DNA of 64,000 nt from Chloroflexota bacterium (GTDB lineage Bacteria; Chloroflexota; Limnocylindria; Limnocylindrales; CSP1-4): NCBI GenBank assembly GCA_026004015.1, contig BPIH01000001.1, positions 208,398-272,397 of the forward strand, given 5' to 3'. Numbering within the stretch: the first letter of the stretch is position 1; every line of letters begins with the position of its first letter. The position numbers were made by a program, and so were the translations under genes. The notes beneath the pieces were generated by a model. The model did no database searches. It was not told where the DNA came from and saw nothing but the letters and a program-made list of their open reading frames with translations. This document shows, piece by piece, positions 9,734 to 18,965 of the stretch.

Positions 9734-10756
9734 TCAGGGGCGCCAGGCGAGCCTGACCCGGGCGTCTTGATCGGCTCTCAGGGCCGCCCGGTCGAGTCGA
9801 CCGCCCTCGATCCAGCCGCCGGCGCCGTCGTAGACGCCGATGGCCAGGAGCGACCCATCGTCGGCCGTCCAGGCTGCGGCGAGCCATCGTCCGTCGACCG
9901 AGAAGGCGAGGTCGGTGGCGACCGCCGCGTCGGCCGCCTCGATGACCGCCGGCGGTGGGCCGCCTTGCGCCGTCAGGTCCTCGATCCGGCGGATCTCGAT
10001 GCGGGGGGCGTAGCGATCGCCGAGGGCGACAAGGCCAGCCCTCGACGCGACGGCGAGGACCCCGGCCGGCATGGGCTCGAAGGGTGTGCCGTCGCCGGCC
10101 AGCGAGACGATGATCAGGCCGCCCGACGGATCACGGACGACCGGGACGGCGATCCGCTCTCCGTCGAGCCAGGCCGGGCCGCCGTCGAGGCCGGCGTCGA
10201 CCTCGACCGAGGCCGGGACCTCGCCCGGTGAGCCGGCCGCGACCGTGAAGGGCGGCACGCCCAGCTCCCGCGCTGCCGCCCAGGCGAGCTTCCCGTCGGA
10301 GGACCAGGCGAGGCCGGTGACCAGGTGATCGCGGGGTGGCCGAAACTCCGGCACGGCTGCCCACCGGGCGTCATCGGCGAGGGCGTCGGCGATGAAGATG
10401 CCGTCTTCGGCGAGGATGGCGACCCGGCCGTCGGGTCCGATGGCGAGGTCGCGCAGACCAGGCTGCGGCGGCGGCAGCGCGATGGTCCCCCTGCCGAGCC
10501 AGGTGAGGATCTCGGGGAGGGGATGCTGGTCGACGAGGACGACGAGCCGGTCGTCGGGCGGGACGGCGAGGAGCGAGGGAGCGACGATGGGGCTCGGGCC
10601 CAGGTCCGGCGACGCGGACGCGACGGTGCCGCTCGCCGGCAGGGTCGGGGCCGGACCGCAGGCGGCGAGGGCGAAGCCGGCGCTCAGGACGAGGCCGGCG
10701 ACCACGGCGGGGAGGCGGCGCCGGCCGCATGGCCGGCGCCGCTCGTTCGTGCTCAT
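9734..10756 (-). CDS. lipoprotein with beta-propeller-like (TolB/WD40-like) repeats
   Basis: Signal peptide plus lipobox (GFALAAC). Repeated DG-x-hydrophobic strand motifs (DGRVAILAEDG, SSDGKLAWAA, SVDGRWLAAAW). 4-nt overlap with the upstream gene. Confidence 0.6.
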   Translation of the reverse strand: MSTNERRRPCGRRRLPAVVAGLVLSAGFALAACGPAPTLPASGTVASASPDLGPSPIVAPSLLAVPPDDRLVVLVDQHPLPEILTWLGRGTIALPPPQPGLRDLAIGPDGRVAILAEDGIFIADALADDARWAAVPEFRPPRDHLVTGLAWSSDGKLAWAAARELGVPPFTVAAGSPGEVPASVEVDAGLDGGPAWLDGERIAVPVVRDPSGGLIIVSLAGDGTPFEPMPAGVLAVASRAGLVALGDRYAPRIEIRRIEDLTAQGGPPPAVIEAADAAVATDLAFSVDGRWLAAAWTADDGSLLAIGVYDGAGGWIEGGRLDRAALRADQDARVRLAWRP

Positions 10757-11634
10757 TCGATCAGGTCGCCGCCGATGACGGACCCGTCAGCGGCGTCGAG
10801 CCAGAGCTCGATCTGGTGGGGCGTCACCGCATCGGGATCGCCCGGGACGCCGCTGACGAGCCAGGCCAGGCGCGCCTCCGGCGTCGGAGCGTCAGGACGC
10901 GAGGGGTCCCAGAGGTCGTTCGGCCGGACCCAGGCGAGGCTGGCCGAACGGATGGCGATGGCGTCCCGGCGACCGAACCGCTCGGCGAAGCGGGCCACGG
11001 CGATCTCCCGGGCCCGAGCCGCGTCGATGATCGTCGCCGGCCGCGGGGCCAGATCGTGTTCCCAGTGGACGATGGCGTGGAAGGAGCCGTCCTTCCAGAG
11101 GGAGACCCGAACACCGTCGCCGAGGACCGGGATGCCGTCGACCCGGCGCTCCCAGACGACCTCCCACTCCTCGGCGGTCTCGAGGATCGTCGGTGCCCCG
11201 GCGACCTGGAAGCCGGCGGCGCGGGCCTGGGCGATGGCGAGTCGGAGGGCGACGTTGCGGCCCACCGCCACGCCCTTCGCCCCACGCCAGCCGAGGGCGA
11301 TGACGAGGTGCGGGCGCCCGTTCGGCTCGAGCTCGACGAGGGCCGACGGCCCGATCTCGTCCTCGAAGGTGACCCGGTCGACGACGCGGTTCTCGAACCG
11401 ATCCTCGATCCGCTCGACGGCCACCACCCGGCCCGGCAGCCCGAGCTTGGCCCGCAGGACGTCGGCCCGGGCGCCGGCGGCCGTCGTGGCGACCCGGTCG
11501 ATGGCGAGCTGGCGGGTCGACGGTTCACCGGCGGTCCAGGGACTGCCGGCGACGGCGAAGCCGCTGCACCCGGCGAGGACCCCTCCGGCGAGGAGGAGGG
11601 CCGGCCAGCGGCGGGAATCTCGGAACCTGCGCAT
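10753..11634 (-). CDS. lipoprotein with three PepSY-like repeats
   Basis: Real start MRRFRDSRRWPALLLAGGVLAGC (lipobox LAGC) at 11634, preceded by GGGAGGGAG. The C-terminus (ARAREIAVARF...IELWLDAADGSVIGGDLIE) fits the PepSY pattern. The rest of track ORF 10753..12639 overlaps the next gene and is artefact. Confidence 0.6.
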   Translation of the reverse strand: MRRFRDSRRWPALLLAGGVLAGCSGFAVAGSPWTAGEPSTRQLAIDRVATTAAGARADVLRAKLGLPGRVVAVERIEDRFENRVVDRVTFEDEIGPSALVELEPNGRPHLVIALGWRGAKGVAVGRNVALRLAIAQARAAGFQVAGAPTILETAEEWEVVWERRVDGIPVLGDGVRVSLWKDGSFHAIVHWEHDLAPRPATIIDAARAREIAVARFAERFGRRDAIAIRSASLAWVRPNDLWDPSRPDAPTPEARLAWLVSGVPGDPDAVTPHQIELWLDAADGSVIGGDLIE

Positions 11635-11645
11635 CGCTCCCTCCC

Positions 11646-12413
11646 TCAGACGCAGTTCTGGCAGCCGCCGATGAGGCCGGCGCGGCCCGACCAGACGTAG
11701 CTGCCCCACCAGTCGGCCTGGAAGCTGGTGCTCCGGAAGGCGCCCTTGAGGGCGTAGTCGAAGGCTGCCCCCACGCCCTTGCCGTCGGCGAGGGCGCTCC
11801 AGAACCGCTGTTCGAAGATCCACTCGTCCGAGTCCCACTGGAGGCCGACGTAACCGACGTAGAACTCGGGGCCGTTCCAGGCGAGCTGGCCGGCCTTGAC
11901 TTTCTCGATGGCGAAGGCGTCGGGCATCGTCGTGTTCGCATCGGCCGAGTGGCACGTCGAAATGAAGACGAGGTTGCTCTGCCGGCCGTTGCGCTTTGCC
12001 TTGATGTCCTTGGAGTAGACGATGGACCCGGAGCACTTCCCCGCGTCCTCGCGGAAGCCGGTATACCGCTTGCCGTCCGGGTGGCGGTACAGGTCCCCGT
12101 GCGAGTGGACGTAGAAGCCCCAGTCGCTGGCGACCCGATCGAGGATTTGGGCCCGGGTGAACTGGGCACCGGTGTATCCGGTCGTCCCGTAGCCGAGGCG
12201 CTGGTAGGCGGCGACGGCCGCGTCGAGCATCTTCGGCACGATGAGGTTCGCGTCGTCGTCGCAGGGCGGGTTGAAGGCGGTCTGGTTCACGGCGACCGTC
12301 GCCTGCTCGCCCGTCGCCCCCACCGGTCCGGCCGCCACGGCCAGGCCGAGCAGGGCGAGAGCGAGGGGCGGGCCGAGGAACCGCTGCCATCGACAGGCTC
12401 CCATGAGCGTCAC
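11646..12413 (-). CDS. secreted protein with caspase-fold-like His/Cys dyad motifs (putative clan CD cysteine peptidase)
   Basis: Signal peptide (LALALLGLAVAAGPVGA). Hydrophobic strand plus SHG (GFYVHSHGD) is followed 49 aa later by hydrophobic strand plus C (NLVFISTCHS). Composition is visibly less GC-rich than the flanks. Confidence 0.5.
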   Translation of the reverse strand: MTLMGACRWQRFLGPPLALALLGLAVAAGPVGATGEQATVAVNQTAFNPPCDDDANLIVPKMLDAAVAAYQRLGYGTTGYTGAQFTRAQILDRVASDWGFYVHSHGDLYRHPDGKRYTGFREDAGKCSGSIVYSKDIKAKRNGRQSNLVFISTCHSADANTTMPDAFAIEKVKAGQLAWNGPEFYVGYVGLQWDSDEWIFEQRFWSALADGKGVGAAFDYALKGAFRSTSFQADWWGSYVWSGRAGLIGGCQNCV

Positions 12414-12659
12414 CTCCTCCGGCGGGTCGAACGGAAACGGGTGGCGGGAGGAGGGCGGTGCGCAGAGTCTGCACGAGGTCGCTTATCGGCGACTTATGCC
12501 GCCGTGCGGGCGCCGTTGGTTCTGACCGACCTGTCGACGAGACCTTACGAGCGCTGGCCGCGGGCGGTTCGGGAGTGGGGCGCCGTCGATTGCAACGACC
12601 GGATCCGCAAAGGTGCGGCGCGGCCGTCGCCGGGGGCACGGGTGTTCACCGGGCGTGAT

Positions 12660-12800
12660 ACGCTCCGCGCGTCATCTCCAAGATCGGGGCCGCTGGGTCG
12701 CGAAGCCGGTGAAAGTCCGGCACAGTCCCGCTACGGTGACCGTCGGCTCGCCGACGGAAGTCCGGTCGCCGACCCCGCGGTCGTTGCTCGAACCTTCGAG
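12660..12800 (+). promoter_or_regulatory. cobalamin (B12) riboswitch
   Basis: Conserved core GGGTCGCGAAGCCGGTGAAAGTCCGGCACAGTCCCGCTACGGTGA (B12 box) with downstream GCCGACGGAAGTCCGGTCGCC. Located in the 5' leader of a BtuF-like gene. Boundaries are approximate. Confidence 0.8.
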
Positions 12801-12957
12801 AGAAAGGGGTAGGCAAACGATGCGACCGACGAACTAGGACCCCTCGACCGTCCAGCGCGAGGGGTCGTTCCATGTCTCGGGTCGGCCCGGGCCGGCGCGC
12901 GGCGCCCTCGGGGCGGCCGTCGGGACCCCTCGCATCGCCGATCAGCAGAGGTTCCCG

Positions 12958-14094
12958 ATGTTCGACCTTCTCCGGCGGAGGCCGCGCCGGGCGAGCGGCC
13001 TTCTCGTCCTTCTCTCCCTCGCCCTCCTCGCTGCCGCCTGCACGGGTGGTGCGGCGACCCCGAACCCCCTCCCCTCGGCGGTGCCGACACCGAGCGCCCC
13101 GGCCTCCAGCACCCCGGCCACGCCCCTCCCGTCGCCGAGCCCGACGTACCCCCTCACCCTGACCGACGACGAAGGGACGAGCGTCGTCATCCCGGCCGAG
13201 CCGGCCCGCATCGTTTCCCTCACCCCGGCCACGACGGAGATCCTCTTCGCCATTGGGGCGGGCCAGCGGGTCGTCGCCACGACCGACTTCGACGACTACC
13301 CGCCCGAGGCGGTCCCCCTCCCGGACGTCGCCTCCTACACGGGCGTCGACGTCGAGAAGATCGTCGGCCTCGAAGCCGACCTCGTGATCGCCGGCGGCAA
13401 CAACTTCAACCCGCCCGAGGCGATCGCCCGGCTCCGCAGCCTCGGCATCCCCGTCCTCGTCGTCTACGCCCCCGACACCGAGACGATCCTCCGCGACATC
13501 GAGCTCGTCGGTCGGGCCGTCGGTCGGTCCGAGGCGGCGACGGCCCTCGCCGAGGCCATCCGACGAGATTTCGAGGCCGTCCGCTCGGCGACCGCCGGCC
13601 TGCCCCGACCTCGGGTCTTCTACGAGCTCGACGCGACGAACGAGATCTATGGTCCGGCCGACGACTCCTTCCTGGCCGAGATGATCGAGCTCGCCGGCGG
13701 CGAGCCGATCACGACCGGCAGCCCGACCGTCTTCTCCATCTCCCTCGAGAAGCTCGTGGCGGCCGACCCCGAGGTCATCGTCCTCGGCGATGCCGCGTAC
13801 GGGGTGACCCCCGAGGTCGTCCGTTCTCGACCGGGCTGGGGGTCGATGACGGCCGTCCGAACGGGAGCGATCCGCCCCGTGAACGACCTCCTCGTCACCC
13901 GACCGGGGCCCCGGATCGCCCTCGGTCTCCGGGAGCTCGCCCTCGCCATCCACCCCGGCCTGGCACTGCCGCCGCCGGTGAGCGCGACCCCCGCCCCGTC
14001 CAACGCCCCGTCGAGCGGTCCGTCGCCTGAGGCGTCGGTCTCCCCCGCGCCCTCCGCCTCCGCCGAGCGGCGGCTCCTCACGGCTGCCCGCTGA
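12958..14094 (+). CDS. ABC transporter substrate-binding lipoprotein, BtuF/FecB (periplasmic binding protein type 8) family
   Basis: Signal plus LLAAAC, then a Pro/Ser linker. Family core RIVSLTPATTEILFAIGAGQRVVATTDF...DLVIA...PEVIVL. Sits downstream of the B12 riboswitch. Confidence 0.85.
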   Translation: MFDLLRRRPRRASGLLVLLSLALLAAACTGGAATPNPLPSAVPTPSAPASSTPATPLPSPSPTYPLTLTDDEGTSVVIPAEPARIVSLTPATTEILFAIGAGQRVVATTDFDDYPPEAVPLPDVASYTGVDVEKIVGLEADLVIAGGNNFNPPEAIARLRSLGIPVLVVYAPDTETILRDIELVGRAVGRSEAATALAEAIRRDFEAVRSATAGLPRPRVFYELDATNEIYGPADDSFLAEMIELAGGEPITTGSPTVFSISLEKLVAADPEVIVLGDAAYGVTPEVVRSRPGWGSMTAVRTGAIRPVNDLLVTRPGPRIALGLRELALAIHPGLALPPPVSATPAPSNAPSSGPSPEASVSPAPSASAERRLLTAAR

Positions 14095-14097
14095 CCC

Positions 14098-15177
14098 ATG
14101 GCGAGTCGCGGCGAGACCCTCGCTTCGGCCGTCACCGTCGGCCGGCCGAGGACCCCTCCCCACCGGGTCGGCCTCGTGGCCGGAGCCGGTCTCGCCGCCC
14201 TCGCCGTCGCCCTCGTCGCTGGCGTCGCCCTCGGTCCGGTCGCCATCCCGCCCGCCGAGACCATCGCCGTCCTCGCCCGCCGCCTCCTCGGCCTCGACCT
14301 GCCGGTCGCCGTGGCCCCGGCCGTCGAGGCCATCGTCGTCGACCTCCGCCTGCCGCGGGTCCTGACGGCGATGGTCGTCGGGGCTGGGCTCGGCATCGCC
14401 GGGGCCACCCTCCAGGGCCTCCTCCGGAACCCCCTCGCCGACCCGTACGTCCTCGGCACCGCCTCGGGAGCGGCCCTCGGAGCGGCCATCGCCGTCCTCC
14501 TCCCGGTCCGGGTCCTCGTCCTCGAATTCGGCCTCCTCCACGGGCTCGCCTTCCTCGGCGCCCTTGGGGCCATCGCCCTCGTCTACCGGCTCGCTCGCCT
14601 GACGCCCCTGACGCCGCTCACCGGCCTCCTCCTCACCGGCTACGCCGTCGGCTCCCTCCTGGCAGCAGGGCTGGCCATGGCGATGTACCTCTCGGGGACG
14701 AGCCTCCGCCAGATCTTCGCCTACCTCCTCGGTGGGCTCGACGGGGCCTCCTGGCTCCGCCTCGCCGTCGCTGCACCCCTCGTCCTCGGGGCCGGCCTCG
14801 CCATGACGGCCCGAGCCCGAGCCCTGAACGGGCTCCTCCTCGGCGAAGAGGCGGCGACGACCCTCGGGATCGACGTTCGCCGGGAGCGGGCCCTCCTCCT
14901 CGGCCTGGCGGCCCTCGCCACGGCCGCGGCGGTGGCGGTCGCCGGGCTCGTCGGCTTCGTCGGGCTCGTCGTGCCCCACCTCGTCCGCCTCGTCGTCGGG
15001 CCGAACGCCCGCCACGTCCTCCCCCTCTCGGCCATCGCCGGCGCCCTCCTCCTCGTCGTCGCCGATCTCGGGGCCCGCCTCCTCGGCAACCTTCCGGTCG
15101 GCGTCGTGACGGCGGTTCTCGGGGCGCCCTTCTTCCTCGCTCTCCTCCGGCGGACTCGAGCGGGGTACGAGCTGTGA
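14098..15177 (+). CDS. FecCD/BtuC-family ABC permease
   Basis: Polytopic membrane protein with family motifs (RLPRVLTAMVVGAGLGIAGATLQGLLRNPLADPYVLG; GLVGFVGLVVPHLVRL). Confidence 0.9.
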   Translation: MASRGETLASAVTVGRPRTPPHRVGLVAGAGLAALAVALVAGVALGPVAIPPAETIAVLARRLLGLDLPVAVAPAVEAIVVDLRLPRVLTAMVVGAGLGIAGATLQGLLRNPLADPYVLGTASGAALGAAIAVLLPVRVLVLEFGLLHGLAFLGALGAIALVYRLARLTPLTPLTGLLLTGYAVGSLLAAGLAMAMYLSGTSLRQIFAYLLGGLDGASWLRLAVAAPLVLGAGLAMTARARALNGLLLGEEAATTLGIDVRRERALLLGLAALATAAAVAVAGLVGFVGLVVPHLVRLVVGPNARHVLPLSAIAGALLLVVADLGARLLGNLPVGVVTAVLGAPFFLALLRRTRAGYEL

Positions 15178-15974
15178 CCGTCGCGGCGGCGTCAGCAACC
15201 GCTCCACCTCCCGCCGCTGGGCGGGGAGTCCCCGTCCTCGCCCTGGAAGGCGTCGCCGCTGCCTACCGCCAGCGGGAGGTCCTCGTCGGGATCGACCTCG
15301 CCGTCGGCGCCGGGGAGCGGGTCGCCCTCGTCGGCCCGAACGGGGCCGGGAAGTCGACCCTCCTCCGGGTAGCCGCCGGCGTCCTCCTCCCGACGGCCGG
15401 GCAGGTCCGCCTCCTCGGTCGGCCCATCGGCGAGCTCGATCGGGTCGCCGTCGCCCGGCGCCTCGCCGTCGTTCCCCAGGGAGCGAGCTTGCCCTTCGCG
15501 GCTCGGGTCGAGGAGGTCGTCGCCCTCGGGCGGTTGCCCCACGAGCATCCGCTCCTCGGGCTCGGACCGGCCGATCGAGCGGCCGTGGCCGCCGCCATCG
15601 AGCGGGTCGGGATCGGCCACCTCGTCGGCCGCGACGCCCGCGAGCTCTCCCTCGGCGAGCGGCAGCTCGTCCTCCTCGCCCTCGCCGTCGCCCAGGGGTC
15701 GCCGCTCCTCGTCCTCGACGAGCCGACGGTCCACCTCGATCTCCGTCACCAGGTCGAGGTCATGGCCCTCCTGGCCGATCTCAACGATCGGGACGGGACG
15801 GCCGTCGTCGCCGTCCTCCACGACCTCCGGCTGGCGGCGCGCTTCTTCCCCCGGATCGTCGTCCTCGACCGGGGCCGGGTCGCCGCCGACGGTGCACCGG
15901 GCGAGGTCCTCGGCCCCGAGCTCGTCCGGGCCGTCTTCGGCGTCGACGTCGAGATCGCCCTCGGTACGGCCTGA
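15174..15974 (+). CDS. ABC transporter ATP-binding protein (BtuD/FecE-like)
   Basis: Walker A GPNGAGKSTLL, signature LSLGERQLV, Walker B LLVLDEP. 4-nt overlap with the permease gene. Confidence 0.9.
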   Translation: MTVAAASATAPPPAAGRGVPVLALEGVAAAYRQREVLVGIDLAVGAGERVALVGPNGAGKSTLLRVAAGVLLPTAGQVRLLGRPIGELDRVAVARRLAVVPQGASLPFAARVEEVVALGRLPHEHPLLGLGPADRAAVAAAIERVGIGHLVGRDARELSLGERQLVLLALAVAQGSPLLVLDEPTVHLDLRHQVEVMALLADLNDRDGTAVVAVLHDLRLAARFFPRIVVLDRGRVAADGAPGEVLGPELVRAVFGVDVEIALGTA

Positions 15975-16060
15975 GGGACCGGCGCCGAGGGACGGCGCCC
16001 CGGGTCGGGAGCGACGACGGGGTTGCGAGGCCCGGTTTGACCCGGCAGCGGGGGCGGGCC

Positions 16061-16066
16061 TAGGAT
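16061..16066 (+). promoter_or_regulatory. -10-like TAGGAT 6 nt upstream of GTG 16073, with TTGACC at 16036-16041 (candidate leaderless promoter)
   Basis: ggTTTGACCcggcagcgggggcgggccTAGGATgcgcccGTG. Spacer is 19 nt. Confidence 0.35.
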
Positions 16067-16072
16067 GCGCCC

Positions 16073-16789
16073 GTGACCCCCACCCGCCCCTCGCCACCGG
16101 CGCGACGGACGCTCCTGGTGGTCCTCGTCGCCGTCCCCCTCCTCGTGGCCGCCTGTGGAGCGACCCGGTCGCCCGACGGCTCAGCGCCCGCCAGTCCGCC
16201 GGTCTCCGGCCAGCCGACGCGCGAGCCTTCGCCGGCGGCGAGCCCCTCGAGCCCTCCGGTCGCCTCGCCGAGCGACGCCGCCAGTCCCGCCCCGACCCCG
16301 AGCGAGCCGGCGCCGAGCGAATCCGCGCCGAGCCTGCCAGTGACCCCGACCCCGCTTCCCAACCCCGATCCGGCGGCCGTCTGCTCGGGCTCGGACCGGA
16401 ACCGCGACTTCTACGCCGCCGTGGCCGAGGCCGTCGACTGGGACGTCTACTGCCCCGTCCTCCCGAGCGGCTGGTACGTCGATCGAGGCACGTACCGCCT
16501 CGCCTCGGGCGGCCGCCTCGAGATCGCCTACACCGGACCGGCCGAGGCGCGCCTCGAGATCCGCGAAGGGGCCTTCTGCACCGAGGCCGGCGGCTGCGTT
16601 CCCTCGGGCACGGACCGCGGCGAGGCCGCCTTCGGGGATCGGACGGGGACCCTGATCGAGCTCGACGGCGGCGGCTGGGCGATCGTCGTCGACCGCGGTG
16701 CGCGGATCAGCTGGCTCGCCGTCGGCGAGGGGCTGACCGTGACCGAGTTCGTCGACCTCGTCGCTCGCTTCGCCCTCGTCGACGCCTGA
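16073..16789 (+). CDS. lipoprotein with Pro/Ser-rich linker, unknown function
   Basis: Signal plus lipobox (LLVAAC), a ~70-aa P/S/A linker, then a Cys-containing globular domain. Confidence 0.55.
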   Translation: MTPTRPSPPARRTLLVVLVAVPLLVAACGATRSPDGSAPASPPVSGQPTREPSPAASPSSPPVASPSDAASPAPTPSEPAPSESAPSLPVTPTPLPNPDPAAVCSGSDRNRDFYAAVAEAVDWDVYCPVLPSGWYVDRGTYRLASGGRLEIAYTGPAEARLEIREGAFCTEAGGCVPSGTDRGEAAFGDRTGTLIELDGGGWAIVVDRGARISWLAVGEGLTVTEFVDLVARFALVDA

Positions 16790-16820
16790 CCGGCGGCCTC
16801 CGGCGCCGGAACGAGACCGA

Positions 16821-16881
16821 CGGCCGGGCCGACCCCGAGCGGGCCGGGCCGACCCCCGAGCGGGCCGGGCCGACCCCCGAG
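16821..16881. repeat. three tandem ~21-nt units (CGGGCCGGGCCGACCCCCGAG)
   Basis: Units read directly at 16821-16839, 16840-16860 and 16861-16881, in the convergent intergenic gap between 16789 and 16892. Confidence 0.8.
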
Positions 16882-16891
16882 CGCCCGGGGC

Positions 16892-17695
16892 TCAGGCGGC
16901 AAGATCCCGCTCGCGGAAGCGCCAGAGGGCGACGCCCCAGCCGAGGAGGGCGACCCCGGCGTGGACCGCCAGATCGCCCGGGGACAGCGCCCCCTCGTCG
17001 ACGACCGCCGTCGTGTCGAAGTGGCCGAAGAGCGAGATCGCCTTCAGCCCTTCGAGGTCCGGCTCGATCTGGGCGACGACGAAGCCGAGGTACATGGCGA
17101 GGAGGACCGCCGTCGTCACCCCGGCTGCGATCCCCCGCGACAGGGTCGCCACGGCAAGAAGCGTCGCGATCCCGGCGATCGCCCAACCGAAGAGGGTCGC
17201 CGGGACGACGACGAGGAGGAAGGGCCCCGGCTCGAAGCCGGCCCCGACGAGGACCCCGACGACGAGGACGCCGGCCACGAGGGCGAGGGCGAGGAGGAGC
17301 TGGACGATGGCCTGGCCGACGATGGAGACGAGGAGGTAGCGGCGGCGCGAGATCGGGGTCGAGATGACGATGTCGAGGAAGCCGCGCTCCAGATCGGCCG
17401 CCACGACCCGGGTCCCGCCAGCGATGGCGGCGATGGCGGCCACGATCGGCCAGAGGTAGCTGCCGAGGTAGGTCGTGAAGAAGACACCGGGTTGGCCGAG
17501 GCTGCCGCTGATCCCGAAGGCGGCGAGGAAGGCCTCGGGGAAGAGCTCGAGGTACTGCTCGAGGGCGGCCGCATTGTCCCGCATGATCGGGTAGAAGGCG
17601 GCCATCGTCCCGGCGTAGAGGAAGGTGACGACGCCGAGCCAGAGGACGAGGGACCGGTTCCGGCGGACCTCGAGCCAGGCCGCGGCCCGGATCAT
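16892..17695 (-). CDS. ABC-2 type transporter permease
   Basis: Six-TM hydrophobic profile. 4-nt overlap with the upstream ABC ATPase gene. Confidence 0.7.
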   Translation of the reverse strand: MIRAAAWLEVRRNRSLVLWLGVVTFLYAGTMAAFYPIMRDNAAALEQYLELFPEAFLAAFGISGSLGQPGVFFTTYLGSYLWPIVAAIAAIAGGTRVVAADLERGFLDIVISTPISRRRYLLVSIVGQAIVQLLLALALVAGVLVVGVLVGAGFEPGPFLLVVVPATLFGWAIAGIATLLAVATLSRGIAAGVTTAVLLAMYLGFVVAQIEPDLEGLKAISLFGHFDTTAVVDEGALSPGDLAVHAGVALLGWGVALWRFRERDLAA

Positions 17696-18690
17696 CGGTC
17701 TCCTCCCTCGGCCGGGCCGGCGCGGATTGTGCCTTCCTCCTCGGGATCCGAGGGCCCGACGGTCGCCCTCGGGCCGTCAGCGACCCCCGCCAGCTCGCTC
17801 GGCGTCGCCGCGCCGGCGTCGTAGTAGCGGAGGAAGACGTCCTCGACGTCCGGCGTCGTGATAGCGATGTCGACGACCTCGAGGCCGGCGATCCGCCGGA
17901 GGAGGGGATTGACGTCGCCCCGGACCATGAGGTGGACGTCCCGGGCGCTCGCCGTCACGACCTCGACGTTCGGCAGATCGAAAGTTCCGTTCGGCGGCGG
18001 CGCAGCGAGGACGAGGTTCACCGAACGCCAGTGCTCGGCCAGCAGGCGCTGGACCGTCGAGACGTCGACGAGACGCCCCTCCCGGATGATCCCGACCCGA
18101 TCGCAGCTCCGCTCGACCTCGGGCAGGTTGTGGGACGAGAGGAAGACGGTCCTGCCCGCGGCCCGGGTCTCGGCGACGAGGGCGAGGAACTCCCGCTGCA
18201 TGAGCGGGTCGAGGCCCGTCGTCGGCTCGTCGAGGACGAGGAGCGGCTCCTCGCCCATGAAGGCGGCGACGATGGCGATCTTCTGCCGGTTGCCGCGCGA
18301 GAGCTTGCGGATCGGGACGGCCGGATCGAGCTCGAGGCGCTCGGCGAGGGGCCGCCAGACCCCCTTCGGCAGGCCGCGGAGGGCGGCGAGGACGTCGAGC
18401 TGCTCGGCGGCCGTCAGCTCGCCGAGGAAGCCGGGCTCGCTGCCGACGTAGGCGAGCCGGCGATGGACCCCCGGGGCCTCGGCCCAGACGTCGAGGCCGA
18501 AGATCGTCGCCCGGCCGCCGGTCGGTCGGAGGAGCCCGAGGAGGAGGCGGATCGTCGTCGTCTTGCCGGCGCCGTTCGGGCCGAGGAAGCCGAAGACCTC
18601 GCCGGCCTCGACGGCGAAGTCGAGCTCGACGACGCCGCGCCGGCGGCCGTAGTACTTCGTGAGGCCGTGGGCCTCGATGACGGCGGTCAT
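17692..18690 (-). CDS. ABC transporter ATP-binding protein (ABC-2/DrrA-like)
   Basis: Internal start MTAVIEAHGLTKYYG at 18690. Walker A GPNGAGKTTT, signature LSRGNRQK, Walker B LLVLDEP. Has a ~40-aa low-complexity C-terminal tail. Confidence 0.85.
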   Translation of the reverse strand: MTAVIEAHGLTKYYGRRRGVVELDFAVEAGEVFGFLGPNGAGKTTTIRLLLGLLRPTGGRATIFGLDVWAEAPGVHRRLAYVGSEPGFLGELTAAEQLDVLAALRGLPKGVWRPLAERLELDPAVPIRKLSRGNRQKIAIVAAFMGEEPLLVLDEPTTGLDPLMQREFLALVAETRAAGRTVFLSSHNLPEVERSCDRVGIIREGRLVDVSTVQRLLAEHWRSVNLVLAAPPPNGTFDLPNVEVVTASARDVHLMVRGDVNPLLRRIAGLEVVDIAITTPDVEDVFLRYYDAGAATPSELAGVADGPRATVGPSDPEEEGTIRAGPAEGGDR

Positions 18691-18856
18691 GGCATTCGAG
18701 GGGTCTTCGGACGCGCCCGAGGTGGGCGCCTCGTGGCTACTGCCGGCAGGATACCTGCCGCCCCACCCGCCTGGCCTGGCGAGCCAAAAGGCCCCCATCC
18801 TCGGTGCCGATCGGTGCCGACGGCTCCTGAGCGTGGCTGGCCCTGGTCAGCCTGCC

Positions 18857-18965
18857 GTGTCGGGTCGGGTCTGTTCCGACCCCGTGTTCGTCTGCTCACC
18901 CCAAGCGCGGCCTGCGCGGGGGCCGAGGCGTGTCGGGTCGGGTCTGTTCCGACCCCGTGTTCGTC
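18857..18965. repeat. two perfect 36-nt direct repeats, each containing a 7-bp GC hairpin
   Basis: GTGTCGGGTCGGGTCTGTTCCGACCCCGTGTTCGTC at 18857-18892 and again at 18930-18965. Stem GGGTCGG/CCGACCC with a 7-nt loop. Confidence 0.85.
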
